Shown: positions 10,455-20,200 of the stretch, one piece after another
How positions within the stretch are numbered: the stretch's first letter is position 1
How the letters are laid out: every line of letters begins with the position of its first letter
DNA from: Candidatus Limnocylindrales bacterium
GTDB taxonomy: Bacteria > Moduliflexota > Moduliflexia > Moduliflexales > JAUQPW01
Direction: 5' to 3'
DNA: 64,000 bases
Assembly: GCA_035559535.1 (NCBI GenBank)
Contig: DATMBG010000022.1
Coordinates: forward strand, 256,568-320,567
Program-made: the position numbers and the translations under genes
The notes under the pieces: model-generated
Told to the model about the DNA's origin: nothing
The model's input: only the letters and a program-made list of their open reading frames with translations
Databases searched by the model: none

Positions 10455-11711
10455 TTACCTGACTCGGGCCAGGGTTTTCTCGTTAATTTGGAGGGTTCCA
10501 CACGGGAAAACAACCACACGAGCCTCCTTGCCGTACTCCATTTTGAGGACGTCGATAACTTCTGTCCATTTTTTACAAAAAATTGTGGTATCCGGGTAGC
10601 GGTCGTAGACATCTGCCGGGGATACATGGGGGGAAAAGACGATAAACTTTCGGTTCTCGAACATTTTACCGGCCGGACCCCGGTCATGGGTGCGGATATT
10701 TAACCGCATATTGGTATCTCCCAGGGAGTGAAAGCCACGCCCTTCCGAACTGGCCGTGGTCAGTATAATGGTCCCTCCGGGTCGAATTAAATCCTCACTG
10801 CGATTATCCCAAATATTGAAGGCATTGCTGGCCTGAATAAATTCCGTGTCTTTCGGATAGGCATTAAAAATCCCTATATCAATGGGACCTTCTGGAACCC
10901 TGGTCGCATAGACCTGTCGGGCCAGGGAAACCGCAGCACGATGGGAGGCTACCAGATCTCCAACAAAAACTCCCGAAGTCCCTCCATGGGAATTTCCAAC
11001 TGCATTGATGCTTACATCCAGCCCGACAATTCGGGCTGCTTCTTCCAGATCGGCCCGATGTTCATTTCCTTCGATAAATCCGATCCCACCTATTTTCCCA
11101 ATAAGGGCCGGAGTATGATTGGCCTGAAGCGTTTCTATGCCCGCAACACCTGGTAACACCGCCTTAGCTCCTCCACCGAATCCGGCAATGGGATGAGGGG
11201 TTATGAAGCTGTTACAAACTTTAAGATCGGCTTCATAGAAAGTCCGGTTGATGAAGAGAGGAGTCCCTCGACTGGTTTTTCCCAAATTTACCAGGTTCTC
11301 ATAGGGATGATGGTTGTATACCGGAAAGTTATCCACGATTTCTCGCCCCAGCTTCTTGATGAGATCTTCTCGGGTCATGGGTCGATGAGCTCCAAAGGAC
11401 ATGACAAAGGTAATTTGGGATCGATGAACCCCACCTTCCTCCAGTTGCCGAAGGATAAAAGGAATGAACCGATAGGCCTGGGTAGGACGGGTCAAATCAT
11501 CGGCCGTGATAACCACTCTTTTTTTTCCTCTGGCCAGCTCCCGAATGGTTGGAGTCCCGAGGGGCGACTCAAAAGCCTGCCTAATGGCTTCATCACTGAT
11601 ATCCGGCGCATCCCTCATGGCTGCAACCTGAACATCCCAGGTATCGGGAAAGGTTAATTCGAATTGGGTATTCGCATACCAGGCCCCCCAGGGGATATAG
11701 ACACTTTTCAT
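10455..11711 (-). CDS. larA: LarA-family nickel-pincer (NPN) dependent racemase/epimerase
   Basis: DDLTRPT, GAHR, NH, G.TSRGTP, PHPIAGFGGGAK and ANH motifs; substrate not determinable from sequence. Confidence 0.8.
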   Translation of the reverse strand: MKSVYIPWGAWYANTQFELTFPDTWDVQVAAMRDAPDISDEAIRQAFESPLGTPTIRELARGKKRVVITADDLTRPTQAYRFIPFILRQLEEGGVHRSQITFVMSFGAHRPMTREDLIKKLGREIVDNFPVYNHHPYENLVNLGKTSRGTPLFINRTFYEADLKVCNSFITPHPIAGFGGGAKAVLPGVAGIETLQANHTPALIGKIGGIGFIEGNEHRADLEEAARIVGLDVSINAVGNSHGGTSGVFVGDLVASHRAAVSLARQVYATRVPEGPIDIGIFNAYPKDTEFIQASNAFNIWDNRSEDLIRPGGTIILTTASSEGRGFHSLGDTNMRLNIRTHDRGPAGKMFENRKFIVFSPHVSPADVYDRYPDTTIFCKKWTEVIDVLKMEYGKEARVVVFPCGTLQINEKTLARVR

Positions 11712-11796
11712 GGTTTTCTCCTTTACAAGAGAAGTCGGGAGTCAGGGAATCAGAATCGGAAGATTTTTTACCCTGACTTCTGACTTCTAGGGTTGA

Positions 11797-13284
11797 TTAT
11801 CTCATTACAAACGGATCTGGAACGGTCCCGGAAAGCTCCACCCAGACACTTTTCACCTGGGTATACTCCCTCAATACCTCAGGTCCATTTTCCCGGCCAT
11901 ACCCGCTATTTTTATAACCTCCAAAGGGAGAAGCGAAGGAAATATTTCGGTAAGTATTGATCCAGACCGTTCCTGCCTGGATTTCACGGGCTACCCGGTG
12001 GGCCCTTTGAATATCCTGGGTCCAGATTCCGGCCCCCAGTCCATAAGGAGTATCGTTGGCTAATCGAATGACCTCCTCTTCATCCCGGAAAGTCAGAACA
12101 CTCAAGACCGGTCCGAAGATCTCCTCCTGGGCAATCCGCATATGGTTTTGCACGCCGGTAAAAATTGTCGGCTTGAAGAACCAGCCTTTACGGAGTTCGG
12201 GTTCGGTAGGCGGTTCACCTCCATATACCAATTTGGCTCCTTCTTGTAAACCTATCTCCACATATTTTTTAATCTTATCCAGTTGTTCCTTAAGGGCAAT
12301 GGGACCCATTTCCGTTTCCATTTTGGAAGGATCTCCCATCTTAATTTTTGAAGCTTTATCGATCAGGCGCTCCAGAACCTCTTGATGGATTTTTTCATGG
12401 AGAAAGAGCCGAGATCCGGCAATGCAGGTTTGTCCACTGGCAGCAAATATCCCGGCAATAATTCCGTTGACGGCATTATCCAGGTTTGCATCGGGAAAAA
12501 CAATATTAGGAGACTTCCCACCTAACTCTAAGGAGACCCGAGCCAGGTGATTGGCAGCATTTTTAGCTACCAGTTTTCCGGTTTCCACTCCTCCTGTAAA
12601 GGCAATTTTATTAACCAGATGATGCCGGGTCAGGGCGGCTCCTGCGGTTTCTCCATATCCGGTAACGACATTGACAACACCGGGCGGAAATCCAGCCTGT
12701 TCTATAAGGGGAACCAGTTCAAGGAGGGAAGCAGAGGTATGCTCTGAAGGTTTGATGACAATGGTATTTCCCGTTGCTAAAGCCGGAGCCATCTTCCAAA
12801 ATGTTAATAAAAGGGGAGAGTTCCAGGGTACGATGGCCCCCACCACTCCCAGCGGCTCCCGGAGTGTATAATTAAAGATGTTCGGTTTCTCCAAAGGAAT
12901 AACTTCCCCCATGATTTTATCTGCCCATCCTGCATAATAGTAACACCACTGGGGGATAAGTTTTGTTTGAATCAGCATCTCCCGGATTAACTTTCCGTTA
13001 TCCCGGGTTTCAATCTGTGCCAGTCGCTCGGCATGATCCTTGACCAGATCTCCCAGTTTCCTCAGGAGATTTCCCCGCTCCGTGGGGGTTAATCGCTTCC
13101 AGTCCGGACTCTCGAAAGCCTTCCGGGCCGCCCGAACCGCTCGATCAACATCTTCTTCATCTCCTTCTGCAATCTCGGCCCACACTTCTCCCGTATAGGG
13201 ATTGATAGTTCCAAAAGTCTTTCCAGAGGCGGCTTCCTCCCATTGACCGTTAATATAAAGTTTGTATTTTTTAATCTCAGACAT
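11797..13284 (-). CDS. NAD(P)-dependent aldehyde dehydrogenase
   Basis: PWNSP, KPSE, FTGG, LELGGKSP, catalytic GQTC, EEIFGP and PFGG. Start placed at MSEIKKY. Confidence 0.93.
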   Translation of the reverse strand: MSEIKKYKLYINGQWEEAASGKTFGTINPYTGEVWAEIAEGDEEDVDRAVRAARKAFESPDWKRLTPTERGNLLRKLGDLVKDHAERLAQIETRDNGKLIREMLIQTKLIPQWCYYYAGWADKIMGEVIPLEKPNIFNYTLREPLGVVGAIVPWNSPLLLTFWKMAPALATGNTIVIKPSEHTSASLLELVPLIEQAGFPPGVVNVVTGYGETAGAALTRHHLVNKIAFTGGVETGKLVAKNAANHLARVSLELGGKSPNIVFPDANLDNAVNGIIAGIFAASGQTCIAGSRLFLHEKIHQEVLERLIDKASKIKMGDPSKMETEMGPIALKEQLDKIKKYVEIGLQEGAKLVYGGEPPTEPELRKGWFFKPTIFTGVQNHMRIAQEEIFGPVLSVLTFRDEEEVIRLANDTPYGLGAGIWTQDIQRAHRVAREIQAGTVWINTYRNISFASPFGGYKNSGYGRENGPEVLREYTQVKSVWVELSGTVPDPFVMR

Positions 13285-13733
13285 TCCCATGAACCACAAA
13301 GATACAAAGGTACCAAGACCCCTTTACCCGTAAGAACGATTTTTAAATCCTGTCAGGTCCTGATATCCTGGTACCTTTATGGCTGAGTAATCTGTCCAAA
13401 CGAATTTTATTCTTAACTCCTCAGAATCCTGTTCTTACCGTCAAATTTCAAGGGTGTACTAAACCTATTCTAGGAATTCAACCTCTTCAGGTCAAGGACA
13501 AATTATCCAGGGAAATAGACTTTGATTTGAAAACCTAAGATATATAGGGTTTTAGTTAAAAAGAAAAGGTTTTGCTTGACATCCCTGGGAGAAAAAATCT
13601 AAAAATTAAAAGTGATTATTATCTTTTAGCTTAATAAACTTTTGTTTCTTAACCGTTCAGGTTCTCACCCTCTACCCCTCTCCCACGCTGCAAGAGAGGA
13701 GTAGAAGACGGGGGGCGAAAGGAGCAAAGGGCT

Positions 13734-15506
13734 ATGAGGAGGCAATTTTTTAAACCTAAAAAACTTATGAAAGCTACCCTAAGTTTGGGTATGATATGCT
13801 TTTTGCTGTCTTTTTTCTTTGTTCCCCTGGCCAATTCTGCTGAGGAGGTGAAGAAAAGCGAGAAGAAAAAAGAGGAGGCCACGGCGAAAAAAGAAGAGGT
13901 GAAGCATACCGAAGTCACCGATGAAATGTTACTGAATGCCGGTAAAGATGGAAAAAACTGGTTGATGTATGGCCGTGATTACACGAATCAGCGTTATTCT
14001 CCTTTGAATCAAATCACGACGGCCAATATCGGTAAACTGGTCCCCAAGTGGGTTTTTCAAACGGGGGTGGTCCACTCTTTTGAGAATACCCCCATTGTCG
14101 TGGACGGCGTCATGTACATTACCACACCCTTTAACCATGTATTTGCCATTGATGCCAGAACCGGCAAGCAACTCTGGAAGTATGAACATAAGGAGCCTCC
14201 CACCAGGATTTTCTGTTGCGGACCCAATAACCGAGGGGTTGCAGTTGCTTATGGGAAAGTCTACATGGCTACCCTGGATGCCCGCCTTCTGGCCTTAGAT
14301 CAAAAGACCGGTAAGGTGGTATGGGACGTTGAGACCGGGGATCCTACTGCTGGTTATGGAAATACCATGGCCCCCCTGGTCTATAAAAATATGGTCATTG
14401 TGGGGACCTCCGGGGCGGAATATGGGATTCGTGGCTTTGTAAAGGCTTTTGATGCTAAGGATGGTAAATTGATCTGGACCTGGTACACCATTCCCGAGAA
14501 AGGTTGGGAAGGAGAATGGAAAAAAACGACGCCAGAAGGGGAAGATTTACATCGAGACATTGAAGCTGAGAAGAAAGCCATGGAAAAATATGCAGATGCC
14601 TGGAAGACCGGAGGCGGCTCTGTATGGATGACCCCCGCTCTGGACCCTGAATTGGGGCTGCTGTATGTCTGCGTAGGGAATCCTTCACCGGATCTGGATG
14701 GTTCTGTACGCCCGGGGGATAATCTGTATACCGAATCCATCGTTGCTCTGGATGTAAATAAAGGCGAAATGAAATGGTATTATCAATATCTACCCCATGA
14801 TGTATGGGATCTAGATGCAACCAGTCCGGCTGTTCTATTTGATGTAACGGTCGGAGGAAAAAAAGTGAAAGCGGTGGGTCATGCCGGAAAAACCGGTTGG
14901 GTCTATATTCTGGACAGAACCAACGGAAAATTGATTAAGAAATCCGATGCCTTTGTACCTCAAGAGAATATGTTTGCCCCCCCTACCGAAAAGGGAACCC
15001 GCATGCTTCCCGGAGCAAACGGAGGATCAGAGTGGAGTCCCATGGCTTACAGCCCTCAAACCCAAATGGTCTACGTTGCCGGACTCCATCAACCCATGCA
15101 TTATATCGTCCATACAGCCCCCCTGGAAAAGGGTAAGCTCTGGCTGGGGAGTGCTTTTATTGCAGCTCCTGGAGAGGAAAAAGATCAGTATGGAACCTTC
15201 ACGGCTATCAATGTGAATACAGGAAAAATTGTCTGGCAGCATAAAACGGAACAACCCTTGATAGGAGGATCCCTGGCTACCGCCGGAGGTTTAGTCTTCA
15301 CCGGCGAAGGAAATGGTTATTTCAACGCCTTTGACGCAAAAACCGGGAAACTTTTGTGGCGATTCCAATGTGGAGCCGGGGTTAATGCAGCTCCTATATC
15401 CTTTGAGGTAGATGGTCAACAGATGATCGCGGTAGCCGCCGGAGGAAATTTCCAGTTGGGCTTCCCCTATGGGGATGCCATCTTCGTTTTTGGCCTGTCT
15501 AAATAA
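13734..15506 (+). CDS. Periplasmic PQQ-dependent alcohol dehydrogenase (methanol/ethanol type I family), probably lanthanide-binding
   Basis: Signal peptide; W..YGRDY..QRYSPL.QI; vicinal CCG; GAEYG; GNPSP; PHDVWDLD; Trp-docking beta-propeller repeats; no heme CxxCH. Confidence 0.9.
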   Translation: MRRQFFKPKKLMKATLSLGMICFLLSFFFVPLANSAEEVKKSEKKKEEATAKKEEVKHTEVTDEMLLNAGKDGKNWLMYGRDYTNQRYSPLNQITTANIGKLVPKWVFQTGVVHSFENTPIVVDGVMYITTPFNHVFAIDARTGKQLWKYEHKEPPTRIFCCGPNNRGVAVAYGKVYMATLDARLLALDQKTGKVVWDVETGDPTAGYGNTMAPLVYKNMVIVGTSGAEYGIRGFVKAFDAKDGKLIWTWYTIPEKGWEGEWKKTTPEGEDLHRDIEAEKKAMEKYADAWKTGGGSVWMTPALDPELGLLYVCVGNPSPDLDGSVRPGDNLYTESIVALDVNKGEMKWYYQYLPHDVWDLDATSPAVLFDVTVGGKKVKAVGHAGKTGWVYILDRTNGKLIKKSDAFVPQENMFAPPTEKGTRMLPGANGGSEWSPMAYSPQTQMVYVAGLHQPMHYIVHTAPLEKGKLWLGSAFIAAPGEEKDQYGTFTAINVNTGKIVWQHKTEQPLIGGSLATAGGLVFTGEGNGYFNAFDAKTGKLLWRFQCGAGVNAAPISFEVDGQQMIAVAAGGNFQLGFPYGDAIFVFGLSK

Positions 15507-15532
15507 TAAAATTCAGCTCGTTTAAGTTAAAA

Positions 15533-15584
15533 AACTAAAGTCGTTGCTACAAAAAATTAGGTGGCAACGACTTTAGTTATTTTT
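15533..15584 (+). terminator. Strong hairpin plus T-tract after the PQQ dehydrogenase (terminator or REP-like)
   Basis: AACTAAAGTCGTTGCTAC pairs with GTGGCAACGACTTTAGTT (18-bp stem, one G-U), followed by ATTTTT. Confidence 0.7.
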
Positions 15585-15607
15585 AGATTTTTAGACCGAT
15601 AAAAAAA

Positions 15608-16189
15608 ATGAATAGTGAAAAACGCCGGCAGAGATTACGTTTGGTAAAGATGTTACTTTGGGTAGGACTTGGAGCGGTTTTCTTTAAAATCTCCATAACA
15701 TTTGGGGAAGAAGCCTCAGAGCTGGAAAAACTGGGATGGAAATCCCAGTGGATGACCGTCGATCCTGAAAAAAAATTTGTCTCCTTTGAAATCATCGGGG
15801 GTTATAATGGAGCCAATGGGACTTTTAATTTCAACGGTTTTTACGAAGGAGAACTTACTCTGACGGTCCCATTAAACTGGCAGGTCGAGATAAAATATAC
15901 GACTAAAAGTGCCTATAAACCCCATAGTGCCGCCATCATTAAAGAGACCGATCCTCTACCGGAAGAAGGCGGAGCCGTTGCCTTCAGAGGAGCGACCACG
16001 GTCAAATTAATCCAGGGTCTCCATGCTAATGAATCTGATACCTTTACCTTTGTGGTAGACAAACCTGGGAAATACCTGCTCTTTTGTGGAGTGACCGGGC
16101 ATGGTCGAGGGGGCATGTGGGATTATTTTGTCGTATCCGAGACGGCCAATCGCCCCACGGTTCATATTGAAAATAAAACAAAAAAGTAG
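15608..16189 (+). CDS. Membrane-anchored sulfocyanin/rusticyanin-like blue copper protein
   Basis: N-terminal hydrophobic segment; FNFNG; PHS (first His ligand); C-x4-H-x4-M loop CGVTGHGRGGM. Confidence 0.8.
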   Translation: MNSEKRRQRLRLVKMLLWVGLGAVFFKISITFGEEASELEKLGWKSQWMTVDPEKKFVSFEIIGGYNGANGTFNFNGFYEGELTLTVPLNWQVEIKYTTKSAYKPHSAAIIKETDPLPEEGGAVAFRGATTVKLIQGLHANESDTFTFVVDKPGKYLLFCGVTGHGRGGMWDYFVVSETANRPTVHIENKTKK

Positions 16190-16195
16190 TCAAAG

Positions 16196-16777
16196 ATGGT
16201 TTCAGCCATACTCTTAGCAGCGGGTGAATCTAAACGGATGGGCCGGCCAAAACAACTTCTTCTGGTTGACGGCCAGCCGATTGTGGTTCAATCTTTGCGA
16301 AATCTTATCGCCTCTCAGGTAGACGAAGTCATTCTGGTCCTGGGTTATTACGCAGAACTGATTCTGGCGGAAGTTCAGCGATATTTCCAGAAGGGTTTTA
16401 AGATCGTTGTGAATCCCTACTATCGAGAAGGAATGAGCCGATCCTTACAAGAAGGTTTAAAGCAGGTAAATAAGGAATCGGAAGCCGTTCTCATTGCCCT
16501 GGCAGACCAGCCTTTTGTAGAAACTCAATCCCTTAACAAAATCATTCAGGCTTATCACAACACCCCCTACGGTATTATCGTACCGACTTATGGGGGACGG
16601 CGAGGAAACCCGGTCCTCCTCAGTTTAAAGTATAGACAGGAAATGGAATCTTTAACCGGAGATGTGGGATGTCGGGAGATCCTGAAACGTTACCGGGAAG
16701 ACATATTGGAAGTTGAGGTGGATTCTCCTGGGATCTTAAAGGACATAGATACTCCGGTAGATTATCAGTCCCTGTAG
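16196..16777 (+). CDS. mocA: MocA-like molybdenum cofactor cytidylyltransferase / NTP transferase
   Basis: ILLAAGES.RMG.PKQLL, GMS.SL..G, LADQP, GNPV, L.GD.G, DIDTP.DY. Confidence 0.8.
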   Translation: MVSAILLAAGESKRMGRPKQLLLVDGQPIVVQSLRNLIASQVDEVILVLGYYAELILAEVQRYFQKGFKIVVNPYYREGMSRSLQEGLKQVNKESEAVLIALADQPFVETQSLNKIIQAYHNTPYGIIVPTYGGRRGNPVLLSLKYRQEMESLTGDVGCREILKRYREDILEVEVDSPGILKDIDTPVDYQSL

Positions 16778-17129
16778 AGCTAATACTGTTTCCCCCTTGA
16801 AACCTCCCTGAACCCTAGGAGCAGCCCGCAGGGGTTGCTCCTTATGCATCCAGTTAAGGATTAGACTTGGGGTCCAGAACCCCCTTGACCTCCATAAACG
16901 CCAGGATAAGAATATCGGCCATGGTGGGGCGACCTGTTAATAGTTCTTATGTAGATAACAGGTTCTTTTTTCCCCCTCTCCCGAAGCTTCGGAAGAGGGG
17001 GGAGGGGATGAAGGAAAAATATCAAATTTAACTCTACACAGTATGACCGTTTAGGCGACGCTTCCACAAGGAAGCATTTTAAACCATCCTTCTTTAAATT
17101 AAATTATTTATCTATCCGGTGGTTTTCGC

Positions 17130-17158
17130 TTGACCCTATTTTTTTCCTAGCCCATAAT
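17130..17158 (+). promoter_or_regulatory. Sigma70-type promoter for the a2M-pbpC operon
   Basis: TTGACC-N17-CATAAT; RBS AGGAG before the ATG at 17238. Confidence 0.5.
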
Positions 17159-17237
17159 CTTTTTAAATTGAAGATTTTTTCCGGCCAGAAAGAAAACCCC
17201 TTGCCATCAGAATATAAAATCTACAGGAGATACAGAT

Positions 17238-20200
17238 ATGTTTAAACGACTTTTTATTGTTTTACTTTTCGTTGGAGGTTCATCCGGTCTTACTCTTACC
17301 GTTGCCCAACAAGATACCGCCCAGTTTAACAAAAACCCGGAACCCCTCAAGCTTTTGAGTATCACTCCTTCTGGAGAGGATGTTCCGGTCGGTCGTCAAG
17401 TTGTGTTCCAGTTCAATCGCCCGGTCGTGCCCGTGGGTCGGATGGACCGGAAAGCCGAAGAGATTCCTATTACCATCGAACCAAATCTGGCCTGTGAATG
17501 GCGGTGGTTGAATACCTCTGCTTTAGCCTGTCAGTTGGGAGAGAAAACGGCGATGGCTCCGGCTACACGTTACAAAATAACTGTACGGCCTGGAATCAAA
17601 ACCGAAGATGGCTCTACTCTGGCGGAAGAAGTCACCCATACCTTTATCACCCAACGTCCGAAAATTATCAATACCTGGTTTCAAACCTGGAAATCTCCTG
17701 GAACTCCGGAGATTCGGATTACCTTTGATCAACCTGTTACCCAGGACTCCGTGTCCCGGCACCTGTACTTCCAGACAGAAAAAGGTCAACGTCAAGCCTT
17801 GAGGGCTACGGAATCCCAGGACTCTGAACAGAATAGGGAAGAAGAAACCTTCCCGGAGGAAGGGCCGGGGGGGGAACAAATTGTCCGGGAAGCACCGGAT
17901 CGCAAGGGTCTGGATTGGGTAGTAAGCCCTCTTGAGGAACTGCCGCAAGATGCACGCATAGAACTTTACGTGGAGCCCGGTATTGTATCCAGGTCAGGAC
18001 CCGAACCCGGAGTCGAGAACCGGCTGGTGGTTGAATTCTATACTTTTCCGCCCTTTCGTTTTCTGGGTGTGCATTGTACAACCAATCAGGGAGAGGAAAT
18101 AAAGATTCCGGCCACGGGGGATCCGGCTCTTCAGAAACCCCAGACATCGGGTGCAGTCGGGACTCCTTCTATGAAATGCAATCCTGTGAAGGGTGTCCGC
18201 CTGGCGTTTTCCTCTCCGGTCATCAAGGAAGCCGTCAAGGCGGGTTTGCAGGTAACTCCGGATTTGGCAGGTGGTCGAAAAGATTATGATCCGTGGGAGA
18301 GTGTTGTTTCTTACTCTCGTCTATCCCAGCTCCATCAGAAAGGAGCTGAATATGAGATTTACCTGCCGGGCATTCTGAAAGCCAATGCGGTTTATCATCT
18401 CCAGGCTGATCCAGATCAAATCCAGGATGAATTCGGACGCCCGCTCAGTGAAGCCATTTCTATGAAATTTGCTACCAACCACCGACCCCCCCATTATCAC
18501 CTGGAACATCCCATTTCCGTTTTAGAGAAAAACGTCGAAACCCATGTACCTATCATCATAACCAATCTAGATGCCATCCATCTGAGCTACGAAACCTTAA
18601 CCGTCCAGGGTAAAAAACCGGAACAGAAGAAAACCCTTACCCCTTACAAGGTACGGAACATCGCCTATCCCTTCCCACTCAAGATACGGGAATTGATTCC
18701 CGGTGGTTCCGGAGCCATCCAGGGAACTTTGAAAACTACCCCTTCCGTGACCGACGAGGAAGGCAAGCCGCGTTGGTTCTTTTCCCAGGTCACACCCTTT
18801 GATGTTCACGTTAAGATAGGACACTACAACACTTTAGTTTGGATCACGCGATTTGATACCGGATTACCTGTGGAAGGGGTTCGCGTACAGGTCTATGAAG
18901 ATCAATTCGGCTCCTTTGCAGAGAACCCGAAAATACTTGCAGAGGCCGTAACCAATGCAGACGGCATTGCCATGCTGGCCGGTACAGGCAAGCTAGACCC
19001 GGAATTGAAGTTAATCGATCAATGGGACCAATTTCAACCCCATTTGTTTGTACGGGTTCAGAAAGACGATGACATGGCTTTGGTCCCTCTAATCTATGAT
19101 TTCCAGGTCCAATCTTATGGCGCCCATGAGGAATATATCTTTGCCGACATGAGGCGCCGTTATGGGCATATTCAGGCCTGGGGAACGACGGCACAGGGAA
19201 TCTATAAGGTCGGAGATACGGTGCAGTACAAATTTTACGTACGGGATCAAAGTAACGAACATTTTATCCCGGCTCCTCGTAAAGGATACTCCTTACAGGT
19301 CATAGACCCCACCGGTAAGGTAGTACACGAGGTTAAGGAACTGGTTCTATCCGACTTTGGGGCTTATGACGGTGAATTTCTATTGCCTCAGACCGGGGCA
19401 GTCGGCTGGTATCGCTTTGTTTTATCTGCCGTCTTTAACCCAAAGCAACCCGATGATAAAATGTCCTGGGAACCGATGCGGGTGTTGGTTAGTGACTTTA
19501 CACCGGCTCCTTTTCGGGTGACCACCGATCTGAATGGAGCTCTATTCCAACCGGGGGATACGGTTCAGGTAACAACGCAGGCTAAACTCCACGCCGGTGG
19601 CCCCTATGCAAATGCCCCGGCGCGTATTACGGCTTTTGTACGAGGTCGTCCTTTACTCCCCCAAGACCCACAAGCCAAAGGTTTTTATTTTGATGTTTCC
19701 CAGGGGGCAGATACCGAAACCTTATACCAAACCGAGGGTTTTGTGAACGATCAAGGGGTTCTGGAAACCCAATTTACCGTTCCTCAGGCCCAGATTCTCT
19801 ACGGTCAGTTAAAGGTTGAAAGCACTGTACGAGATGATCGGGGGAAAGATATAGCCAATGTCGCAACGGCCGGCTATGTCGGTCGGGATCGCTACGTAGG
19901 CGTCCATCAGGCAGATTGGGTGTTAGCCGCTGGTAAACCGGTCCAGCTCCAGACATTGGTCGTTAATGAACAGGGGATTGTCGTAGCCGGTACAGAAATT
20001 CAAATCAAAGTAGAACATCTTCAGACCAAAGCTGCCCGGGTCAAAGGAGCCGGTAATGCCTATCTGACGAATTATGTCCATGAGTGGATCTCCGTTGCCG
20101 GGTGCACACTGGCTTCAGAAACCAAACCGGTTGTCTGTGAATTTACACCTCCAGCCCCTGGGACTTACAAAATGACGGCCAGTATATCGGATACTAAAGG

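Noticed and set aside
16196-16777. mocA as a functional part of the PQQ-ADH/cupredoxin module
   Set aside because: PQQ enzymes do not use molybdopterin cytosine dinucleotide, and no xanthine-oxidase-family gene is adjacent; the 6-bp spacing alone is insufficient evidence.
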